20,000 nt of DNA from Chiloscyllium plagiosum (lineage: Eukaryota). The DNA lies in contig NC_057719.1 of NCBI RefSeq assembly GCF_004010195.1, positions 39,032,029 through 39,052,028 of the forward strand, given 5' to 3'. The translations under genes and the position numbers were made by a program. Shown piece after piece: positions 10,701 through 20,000 of the stretch. The notes under the pieces were generated by a model. It was not told where the DNA came from and ran no database searches. It saw only the letters and a program-made list of their open reading frames with translations. The first letter of the stretch is position 1. Each line of letters begins with the position of its first letter.

Positions 10701-11609
10701 GATGGACTCAGGATTCAAACTATGGGCAGCAAGAGGAGTTTCTAGTTTGGGAGACTTGTTTGAGGGGGACGTTATGATGTCTTTTGAGCAACTGAGCTGC
10801 AAATACGGGTTACCCAGCAGAGATCTTTCTGTTTTTTTCAGATAAGGGATTTCATCCAGAAGAAGACTACATTTCTCACTAAGCCCTATAAACCAGATAC
10901 AGAGAGGTTGTTGCTACGTTCCACAAGCACCCTTTTTTTTTTAGTGCCCTGTATTGCCTGCTAGGTGGCAGGGCCTGGCAGGATATTAACCGGTTATGTG
11001 AGGTCTGGCAGCAAGAGCTAGGAGTGGAGATCTCTTTTGAAACATGGGAGAACATATGGGAGAATACTCAAAAGATCTCAATCTGTAATAGGACATGCGC
11101 TACGCAGTTACAAGTTCTGCACAGGACTCATCTGGCACCAGACCGTCTGGCGAAGTTTTAAAAAGGGGCATCTTCAGTGTGCCCCAAATGTAAAATAAGT
11201 GTAGGTACTCTTACCCATTGCTTCTGGACATGCCGCAGGCTCAGTGTTTATTGGAGCACTGTGGCGGGAGAGATAGCGCGGGTATTGAGGACTGAAGTCA
11301 AAGTAGACCCGATATCTCTCCTCTTCGGTCTACCGAATTTACCATCTTTAGACGGGCATGGGAAGAAACTATTTAATATTCTTGCATACTGTGCACAGAA
11401 GAATATTCTGATGAATTGGATGTCTGAGAACCTGCCGGGCTTACTGGGATTGCAGAAATTAATTATGGAGCACATTCCCTTTGACTTTTTTACAAACATG
11501 GTGCACCACACAACAAGTAGGGCTGCCATGTTTTTATAAGACATGGCAGCCCTACTGGAGTTATTTGGAAACAAATTTGTCAGTTGTCATAACTAGGGCG
11601 TTTGTTTAA
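7797..11609 (+). pseudogene. L1 ORF2 (APE endonuclease, RT, C-terminal CCHC), multiple stops and frameshifts
   Basis: T*NIKG, LLQETH, GGDFN, ISDH; GKAPGPDG, LDAEKAFDRVEW, RQGCPLSPLLF, YADD (9891-9902); CPKC-x7-H-x4-C; ends ...TRAFV*. Confidence 0.92.
11516..11556. repeat. Perfect 16-bp inverted repeat with 9-nt spacer
   Basis: AGTAGGGCTGCCATGT (11516-11531) / ACATGGCAGCCCTACT (11541-11556). Confidence 0.95.
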
Positions 11610-12069
11610 CCAGGATGGTTAGATTTGTCAAGCCCTGGGCCCTGGAGGGGGTCTCCTGAGTTAATACGGGTATGTATACAATGCTCCTGTTCCTCTGTTT
11701 GGGAGCTTTGCGCAGAGCATAGCTGTTCTGTATTCTTTTTTTTTGTTTTGTTGCTTTTTTTTTGGTGTTGCTTTGCACAGTGTTAGGGTTTGTTTTGTAT
11801 TAGAGGGTAAGTTAATAGTTAGTAGTTTGTATTGTTTTTGTGTTTGTTTTCTTTTTATTATACTGATATTTATTATTGATTGTATTTTTCAATAATTTTA
11901 TATGTTTGTAAAGTTAAAAAAAATTTGCTCATACATATATTTACAAAAAAAAAGCATGAAGACCACTGCCGATCTGGTGCAAGGGGTCTGTGGAACGCAG
12001 GATGGGATAAGAATAGTGGAATGCTCTTACACCAATTAGCAGAGTAAGGCGGAGTCTAAAAGGTCACTA

Positions 12070-12403
12070 TGTTGAGATGAGATATCACAGTTAGTAAAGT
12101 TAGCCTCCCTGTTAAGTATCATCATGACAAAGTATAGTGGGACAACTAAAGAGATAATGGGAACTAACATCACTAGTTTATTATGTAGCTAGAGTGAGGT
12201 ACTTTGATTAACATGGTTGGACATGCTGATCAGCTAACAGAAACATGTAAAAAAATATAAAAAACCATGAACCCAGAAGTTCAGGGGCATTCAAGAATCT
12301 GCTTTCTCAGTGTCAAGGTTTTTATGTTTGCAAATAAAAGACCTACTTCTTGAAGAACTCTTTGCGTCTCCTGGTGATTATCTACATTTTCTCCATGACA
12401 ACA
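12070..12403 (+). mobile_element. Probable solo LTR (334 bp)
   Basis: TGTTG...CAACA inverted termini, TATAAAA at 12256, AATAAA at 12333; no clean TSD (acta vs gctg). Confidence 0.5.
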
Positions 12404-12727
12404 GCTGCATAAAGATGACAGATCAGCAAAATGATATTGAAGCCAGAGCAAATCCAGCTGCAGGATCTCACTGTTGGTGTCCATTGATGGGGCTGCTAAG
12501 AAAATGTGCCTTGCTGGAGATCAGGTGCCATAAGGAAACTTATACCTTATCGACAGGTGGTTCTGAGAGGCAGCAACTGTGGAATGAGACACATTCTGTT
12601 TGTGGCTGATCAGAGTATCATGGAAACCCATTGGTCAGTTGTAATTGTCTTAGAAATTAAAGCCAAGTCAACAGAGCGCTTGTATCCCTTCTTGCCACCT
12701 TCTCACAGTTCAATTTATGGATTTACA

Positions 12728-13930
12728 ATGGGCTTCATACACCCAGACATTTTGCAACCTCAGGTGGTGGAGGAGAGGATTCTCCAGTTGACAGCCTTAC
12801 TGGCACAATATAGGCCATAAAATTGATATCTGGCACCAGTCAAGGGGATGGAACTCAGGAGAAACTGAACCAAATCATCATCATTGAAGAACATTGGAAC
12901 TTTAGCATGCACACCAATTATCTCCAGGTGTCTCAGAGTCAAAAACAGATAGCTAAGGTTTTCAAACAAGATGACCACTTGCCTGTCTATGCACTTTTAA
13001 TGCACTCTATAGCTGTGAAGGGAACCCCATGCCAGACATCCCCTGCCCTGTACCCTCACCAAGTACAGGCTCTAAACATCTCAAACACTTGAGTGCTCTA
13101 TGTGTCATTTCATAGGCTGCAACACAGATGTATATAAGAGATGACAAAGGCTAGTCATTTCATCTGATTAACAGATGCCAGAAGCTAGGCAGCTAGACCA
13201 ATTGATTTCAGGCCTACAGCATAGTTCCCATAAGTCCATGATGTAATCAAAAGGACACAATTGGGCAATTGAGTTCTCTGTCAGCAACAAGTTGCATTTG
13301 TATAGAAGGAGGTTCACTCCTATAACTTTCAAGATGTCTGTAACTACCAAAAAAGTATAATGTAGGTGTGTACTAATTTTCTGATGAGCTCCAATAGCAC
13401 ATAAATCTTAAACTCCTAGCTGCCTAATCATAGGGTTGGAATCTGAGCAACAAGGGCTATTACCTCAGAAAGCAGTTTATAAGAACAGGCTTTTTACCCC
13501 TTTTTTTGTATTAGTTAATGGGATTGGGTAGGATTTGCTGGATAAATTGCACTTATTTCCCATTTCCTATTGCCCAGAGGACATTTAAAAGTCAACCACA
13601 TTGCTGTGGGTCTAGAGTCACATGTAGGCTCTGCCAGGTAGGGGTAGCAGATTTCCTTCTCTAAAAGGACATTAGTAAACCAAATAGTTTTATGTGGTAA
13701 TCAATAGTGGTTGCATGTAGTTTTCTTTATCCTCTAGATTTTCCATTGAATTCAAATTTCACCATCTGCCTTGGTTGAATTTGAGCCCAAGTCAAAACAT
13801 TAAACTGAGTTTTGGGATTACTAAATCGGTGACAATACCATTACACTATTGCTTCACTCTGAAAGCCCTCTAGACCAGTGTTATAACACTGCACAGTGTT
13901 CAACATGGGCAATCTTAGAGCATACTATAG
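12728..13930 (+). pseudogene. Heavily decayed PIF/Harbinger DDE transposase (HARBI1-like family), interrupted by a SINE
   Basis: Manual translation gives, in order, QALNI, LCVIS*AA, A*FP*VHDVIKRTQ, HSYNFQDVC....IM*VCTNF, LSNKGY and, after the SINE, YNTAQCSTWAILEHTI. These correspond to ALNF, GISQ, GFP.V.G.IDCTH, HS.NVQ.VC, GDKGY and YN.AH..TR..IE.TI. Confidence 0.75.
13495..13855 (-). mobile_element. tRNA-derived SINE, near full length, same family as 419-732
   Basis: gtcaaccacattgctgtgggtctagagtcacatgtaggc and ttcaaatttcaccatctgcc are reverse-complement homologues of segments in 419-732; T-run tail on the left, tRNA-like head on the right. Confidence 0.8.
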
Positions 13931-14515
13931 AGTCTCAGAACTTTTACAGCACGGAAAGCGTGTCTATCGTCTCCATGCTGGTCATGAAACATCCATCTGT
14001 TCTAATCCCATTTTCCAGCAGTAGCTTTGTATGCTATGCATTCATTTAAATAGTTCTTAATTGTGTTGAGGATCCTTACCGCTGCAACCCAGTGAGTTCC
14101 AGATTGCTATGACATTCTTGGTGATTTTGTTTTCATTCAAATTCCCTCTCAACCTCCTGCTCTTTACTGTATCCATAATTATTGACCTCCCTACCAAGGG
14201 GAAAGATTCTATCTATTCTATCTATGCCCCTTAGAAATGTCTACACCTCAAATCAGATCCCCCCTCAGCCTTCCCTGCTTCAAGGAAAACAATTTCCAGA
14301 ATTGCATACTCTGAGGAGTGCTTTCTAGATCCTAATCACTCACTGTGTGAAATTATACTCCCTCATATTGCCTCTATCTCTTTTACAACCATCTTAAATT
14401 GATGTCATTTTAACCTGTCTGACAATGAGAACAGTTTCCATCATATACCATCTCAATCACTCTTGATTGGAAAATAGCTTCAGCTTTGCCAATCCACCCA
14501 CATAACTAAAGTCTA
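13925..14515 (-). mobile_element. Degraded CR1 3'-end fragments (probably two, break near 14300-14315)
   Basis: atagagtc...tacagcacggaaa terminus, gagttccagatt, cagatccccctcagcctt...caaggaaaacaa resemble reverse-strand CR1 ORF2 end and 3'UTR. Confidence 0.65.
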
Positions 14516-15157
14516 AATCACTTATTGAAAATAAAACCACTATATGTTGAGCTTTTACAATAACATCATAAGAAAGTTATTTACCTCATGTGAATTTCAG
14601 GTCACGCAAATTATTCACCAACACATTGCTTCCAGTAAAGGCCTGAAAGGAGACTGCCATTTATGCAAAACTCCGCTAATAGCATGAACCTCTCTTGAAA
14701 GTTATGGTCAGCTTGTGAAACCAAAGCATGCAGGCTGGCTCAGTGTGCTGCATTTTGCAACCACGAACATCATCAAGGCTTTTTGGAGACTGCAATACTG
14801 ATCAGAGCAATCCTCATTAAAATTTCAAATGTTCTATAAATTTAGGTTTTGTTACTGGCGTCCTTCTCACCCATAGGAAACTACTGAAATGGGAACAGCA
14901 GCAATGAATTTTAGGGATGGGATACTCAAAAGTGAATTTTACTTGTTAACAGTTGCTTGTCTAAGTAAATTGGTCAAGACCAATCTTCACAACGATTAAA
15001 ATAACTTTTTTTCCTGCAAATTCTCCTCAGACTTTAAACTTGCACAGCTAACCATACCTTTAAATTTGATCTACTATTCAGAATATATGCCTCCTATAAT
15101 TAAAACAGCTTTCATTCAGTGTCATACTAGGGGTTCATGGTAATTATTTGAATCTCC

Positions 15158-15672
15158 TGTTATGGATCAGACAAAACTCCCTCAAAACATGACAAGGAGA
15201 TGGACTAGACCCTAACTTTCTCTTATTTAAAGGCATTGCCAGCCATTGCATTCTGGATGCAATTCAATTGGTCAAACTATTAGGCTTAAAACAAAATACA
15301 CTTTATTCATTCACTATAGTAAAAATACAGACAAAATTAAAAAATTGGCTTAACTGTAACTTTATTGAAATACTTAGTAAAGTAATGAACTAGTCATTAA
15401 CTCTTCAATAATAGTAACATCCCATAAATACACCCTTGCCAAGGATAAAGTCATTAAAATAGATTGCCTCACAAGCAAGTCTAGCAGCAGGAACAGAACT
15501 CTGAGTTTAAGCTGCAACAAAGAGAGGAATAAGAGTTTCCACATCCAGCTTTAAGACCCCATTAACTGCTACTGAAAGCTAAGCTAAAGATCCTGGTTCA
15601 GTGAGAACTTGACCACACCCATTCAGGCTGCTTCTATTGTTCCAACTTTTAAAAAAAAACCCAAGGCCTCAC
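15158..15672 (-). mobile_element. LTR-like interspersed repeat remnant
   Basis: Begins TGTTATGG; minus-strand AATAAA at ~15302-15307; recognised by resemblance to a common shark repeat; right boundary uncertain. Confidence 0.45.
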
Positions 15673-15989
15673 AAGCCCCCCAAAACATGAAAAGGTGCCT
15701 TAAAAGTTTTTAACCTGGTTTTGAGTAATTCCAAGCATAGATTGTCCTGGAACTGCGGAACTGGGCTAAGATGAGATCTGCAAATAGGCAAAGAAAATTA
15801 GGATATTTTAAATTTATGATTGAAATGTATAAATAAATGTGAAAATCTCCATCAAATCACTTACTAAAACCAACAAAGTTATTGCATAGTACATGAGCTT
15901 CCTTGGCATATATTTTTGATTATGCTTATTATCTGACCTAACCATGATCAGCACTATATAATACCAGTACTGAGCCAGCCATACATGTC

Positions 15990-16440
15990 ATAACAATAAC
16001 TTGTTTTTGCAGAGCATTTTTTGTTTAGTCATATGAATGCTTATAAACAATTTTTGATACTAAGTCAAAAGGGGGAGATATTAAATTGAGGGGGGAGCAG
16101 AAATGAAGATTTGTTTAAGGGAGATTTAAGGACAATATTCCAGAGTTTAGGATCTAGGCAGTTGAAGACACAATTACCAAAGGTAGAGTGAATAGATTTG
16201 GGGATGTACAAGGAGCCAGAATTCAAGCAACAAAGATCTGAAATGCTATTAAATTAAATAAGATTATAGGGGTAAGGAGGGGCAAGCTATGCCATAGAGG
16301 AAGCAAGATTGAAAATGCTAAGACTCAAGTAATTGACAAACCAGAAGCCACTACTGGTCAGTAGGCACAGAGTTAAGTGGTTAACTAAGCCTTGTGCAAG
16401 CTAGGTTATAGGTAGCAGATTTTTGGATGAATTCAAGTTA
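15990..16440 (-). mobile_element. Degraded L2-clade LINE 3' end
   Basis: Minus translation LELIQKSATYNLACTR resembles the L2 ORF2 motif L.LIQNSAARILTRT; ttccagagtttaggatctaggcagttgaagacac and the aacaataacttg terminus fit an L2 tail. Confidence 0.7.
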
Positions 16441-16696
16441 ACCAGAAATCAGGTAAATGTCAATTTTTTTGAGATCCATGGAGGTGTTCTCTGCCCAAGT
16501 CCTCGCATGAGAAAATTTGCTACTTACCTCATTACCTATACACCACAGCCCTCTCCTAGTTTCTTTCTTCTGAATACAGGTGGAAGAACTCACCACTGCT
16601 GGGACCTTCCAGGATTTCTGGCTATATTTAAAGTGCACCAGTTTAGGTCATGTTAGTGCAGAGGTACCCTGCATGGTTTGTTTGAATTGCCCAAGC

Positions 16697-17260
16697 ATGT
16701 CGGAACAGAAAGAAACTAGCAACCTGTTTTGCTGATAAGAACCTGGAAGTCCTGCTAGACAGGGTGACACAGAGAAAGGCCATCCTCTTTCCTCAGGACT
16801 GGCAAAGAAGACCACTACTAGATCCTGAAATGAGGTTCCAAAGTCTGGAGGACTGCCCAATGCAAAAAGCGGGTCAATGACACTCCACTGAGGTAAATGT
16901 CACCATCTTCTCTCTACTACCTCACACTCACTTCTATCACTGCTGCAGCATCTACCTCCCCGCCAAGATTCATGATTTACCATTCCCACAATATCTTCTC
17001 TCCAGCTCAGATACTGACTCTGAGAGTATTTTCGCCAGATTAGAATTGGGAGCACAGGCAGATGAGTACATCACTGCCACTTCTCTGCAGATGGTAGAGC
17101 TAAAAACACTCCAGGTCACTGGCACTTGAAGGCCTGCAGAAACCAGACACATGCATGGCTCCAGACAGGAGAAGACCCATGATGATGGCAATTCAGATCC
17201 TCACAGAAATGCAAAAGCAGACTCAGCAACATCAGGCTCATTTGTTAGAGGCACTGGGTG
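16697..17260 (+). pseudogene. Second decayed Harbinger-type Myb/SANT-like gene, internally deleted
   Basis: KLATCFADKNLEVLLDRVTQRKAILFPQDWQRRP / VWRTAQCKKRVND...|gtaaat (donor at 16893); downstream coiled-coil-like AIQILTEMQKQTQQHQAHLLEAL; no equivalent of exon 2 seen. Confidence 0.72.
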
Positions 17261-17299
17261 AAGGGTTCAAGGAATGAAGAACTTCACAAACACTTTTTT

Positions 17300-17397
17300 G
17301 CAGTTCTGAAGTATCATCTTGTTTCAAAACGTTAATTCTTTCTCTTTTCATGGATGCTTCTAGACCTACTGAGTTTCTCCAGCACTTTGTTTTCATT
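17300..17397 (+). mobile_element. Penelope-like terminal (pLTR) remnant
   Basis: ttctgaag...aaacgttaattct...gatgct..tagacctactgagtttctccagca resembles PLE terminal repeats; recognised from memory. Confidence 0.55.
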
Positions 17398-17836
17398 AAC
17401 CCCAAATGGTGACTGACCAGAACCTGATTGATCTGTGTGCCACTTTTCGAATAGCCAGCTCAAGTTGTGGATGGGATTTCTATCACATGCATTAATATTA
17501 TCCTATGGTTCTGTCCGGCAAGTGCTTTCATTTCTTTAGGTAGAATTACCTTAAGTGATACAGAAGGCATAAACTGGCACCAACCATAAAAGTAACATCA
17601 GGTCAAAGGGTATCTGGGGCAGAATGCAGTACTGCACTCGTGTGCCTTTTGGCTTGCCATAATAATGCGCTCTCTACTACAAGCAGAAATCCAAATCAAT
17701 AAAGAGGTGGTACAAGCTAAACTGTCACTCTGTAAGCTCACAACAAAGGGTGAATGGAAAGAACATTCTGGTTTCCTTCTAAACCTACTCTCTAAAAGTG
17801 CACAATTTTAATCAGATTCTTAATGCAATCCAGGAA

Positions 17837-17864
17837 ATATATTTTATATATATATTATATATAT
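17837..17864. repeat. Imperfect (AT)n microsatellite
   Basis: atatattttatatatatattatatatat. Confidence 0.8.
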
Positions 17865-18479
17865 GTAACCAAGATAAAATATATAATTCTGCTAATTAAA
17901 CAGAACATTAAGCAATTGGAAGGTGACACAACAGTTGTCATCCTTTTATGAAAAATAAATTCTGCGCAATGGATATAATTTTCCCACAATTAACTTTCTA
18001 AGTGAGGTAGGTGAAGTCATGAGTCGTTGTCAATGTTTCAAATGAATCTAAAGCTACTGAATTCAAGTCAGATGTCACATAATCATGCTCATGGACATTT
18101 CAGATTACCATAGTAACATCTTCTGTACCTTGTCAGTGTATCTCATTGTAAGTCATCGTTCTTACATTTTTCTCACAGTTGTCATTTTGCTCACAAAATT
18201 GAAAGTGATGTGCATGGATTATATTTTGATTTCAAGTCAATGCAAGGTGTATTCATACTGCTCTAACCATTGGTGTTCAGAACAGCCTGGCAAGCAGTCA
18301 AGATTACAATGCCATTTATATATGTTCCTTGACAATAGCATTAATCTTAGTGCAAACTGAAGAATATTTATTGTTTAATCAGCAAATCAAAATCTATTTT
18401 AAAAATTAAAGTGAGTATACTAAATAATTTTGTTAAAACCAATAGGAGAAAAGCATAGATGGTCCTTAGAAAATGCTAG

Positions 18480-19465
18480 ATGGAAATGTTAGATTATTAA
18501 AAAGTGTTTTTAGAATCAGGGCATAGACCAATAACTTACAATTAATTTATGCGACAAATATACATGTAATAGATGTAATTTGTCTGGAATTTCAAAAGGC
18601 CTTTGATAAACTGCCAACAATACAAAATGATAACATCAAAAAAATGTGAAGTCTGAGGGATAGGTGGCACAATAGATTGCTAGTTGGCTTGAAGAAAGAA
18701 AGCGGTAGAAACAAAGGATGGTTATTCAGAGTGGAAGAAAATGGGAAATGGATTTCCCCAAAGCTCAATGCTGAAATCATTGCTGTTCACAATTTACTGT
18801 TACATTAAAGATTTGTACTTTGGACTCAAAAACACATTTTCTAAATTTAATATGACACCAATACTGGAGATTTCTGCAACAAGTTACAGAATTGCATTAA
18901 CTTGCATAATAGGCAAATAATTGACAAATGAAATTCAATACTTATAAACATAATGCAGTACATCTTAGGTGGTCATGCATTATTTGGAAAGTGCAAATCT
19001 ATGTAGTGTAGGGGAAGATATTCAGAACTAGGAGTAAGATGTAGCAATCATTAAAATTTGTGTCACACATTATCAAGTATATAAGATGAACAAAGAAAGC
19101 ACTAAGTTTAATTTCCAGAAGGATAGACTTGGAAAGCCTTACTGAACCTTGATTGACCACATTTAGGATATTGTATGCAGTTTGGTTGCTATATTGTGAA
19201 ACAAATAGGGAAGCATTGGAGAGAGTACACGAAACATTTCCAAGGACAAAACTAGAAATGCATAGTTATACTTATCAGGAAAGAATTGATAGGCTAGGCT
19301 GGGACTCCTGTCTCTTGAATCAAAAATGTTGAAAAGTCTTTAAAATTATTAAAGATTTGATAGAATAGATACAGGTAAAATTTTTCCAGTTGTGGGAAGG
19401 AGCATAACTAGAATCAATTAATATAAGATAATCATCAAGAAATCCAATAAGAAATTAGGAAGAAA
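18480..19465 (+). mobile_element. Old, heavily degraded CR1 RT-domain segment
   Basis: DVICLEFQKAFDKLP, GFPQSSMLKSLLFTIY, YIKDL...FSKF, QMKFN, FKIIK in order, with many lesions. Confidence 0.75.
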
Positions 19466-20000
19466 GCACAGATAGGCGGTTCTGTGGGGGCGAGAGAGAC
19501 TGACGTTTGGTATGTTTCCTCTCAGGTGCAAGGGTACGTGACGTCTCTGATCGTGTTTTCCGGGTCCTTAAGGGGGAGGGGGAGCAGCCCGAAGTCGTGG
19601 TCCACATTGGCACCAACGACATAGGTAGGAGGAGGGCTAAGGATGTTAGGCAGGCTTTCAGGGAGCTAGGTTGGAAGTTCAGAGTTAGAATGAACAGAGT
19701 TGTTGTCTCTGGTTTGTTACCGGTGCCACGTGATAGAGAGTCGAGGAATAGGGAGAGAGAACAGTTAAATGCGTGGCTACAGGGATGATGCAGGAGGGAG
19801 GGATTCTGGTATCTGGATAACTGGGGTTCTTTCTGGGGAAGGTGGGACCTCTATAAACAGGATGGTGTACACCTGAACCTGAGGGGCACCAGTATCCTTG
19901 GTGGGAGGTTTGCTAGTGCTCTTGGGGAGGGGGATTTAAACTAACTCTGCAGGGGCATGGGAACCCAGACTGTAGCTTTAGGGTGCAGAACCTGGAGTGT
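19466..20000 (+). mobile_element. CR1 LINE, 5'-truncated within ORF1 SGNH esterase; continues off the right edge
   Basis: VCFLSGARVRDV, VVVHIGTND (block III), VVVSGLLPVPR, DGVHLN, ending GDLN* at 19944; one W-to-TGA at 19786. Confidence 0.92.
19935..19944 (+). other. Candidate -1 frameshift site (T TTA AAC TAA), second CR1 copy
   Basis: TTTAAAC at 19935-19941 is in ORF1 phase (TTA 19936, AAC 19939); stop at 19942-19944; the -1 frame is open to the window end. Confidence 0.55.

Larger units (their letters stand above)
6150..11950 (+). mobile_element. Full-length L1-clade LINE (~5.8 kb), inactivated
   Basis: Short 5'UTR, L1-type ORF1, 600-nt spacer, ORF2 with APE-RT-CCHC, T/G-rich 3'UTR, A tail and flanking TSD. 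Confidence 0.93.

Noticed and set aside
11960..12720. Possible divergent Myb/SANT partner gene upstream of the transposase
   Set aside because: Minus-strand translations gave only marginal resemblance; not supportable.
16451..16902. 12-nt direct repeat AGGTAAATGTCA at 16451 and 16891
   Set aside because: A 12-mer match at this distance is plausible by chance in 20 kb, and the second copy is the Myb splice donor rather than a TSD.
1..20000. Prokaryotic systems (CRISPR, retron, operon) or an intact host gene
   Set aside because: No repeat-spacer array or operon structure; all RT and nuclease motifs belong to decayed eukaryotic transposons.

Overview
Eukaryotic, repeat-dominated window with no confidently identifiable host gene. 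The repeat families resemble those I recognise from cartilaginous fish (sharks); this is an inference. Left to right: a Penelope-like retroelement fragment (-), a tRNA-derived SINE, a decayed three-exon Harbinger-type Myb/SANT gene (-), a CR1 LINE segment (ORF1 SGNH esterase end plus ORF2 APE endonuclease) fused to an inverted CR1 RT fragment, a Deu-domain SINE, a full-length ~5.8 kb decayed L1-clade LINE (6150-11950), a probable solo LTR, a decayed Harbinger transposase with a nested SINE, CR1/L2/LTR remnants, a second Myb/SANT copy, and a second CR1 running off the right edge. The most interesting signal: both divergent CR1 copies end ORF1 with an in-phase T-TTA-AAC slippery heptamer directly followed by the stop codon, with the downstream frame open in -1 and starting with a conserved L-x-x-Q-G-x-G-N peptide. 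This suggests CR1 ORF2 is made by programmed -1 ribosomal frameshifting as an esterase-EN-RT fusion. Boundaries of degraded repeats are approximate.
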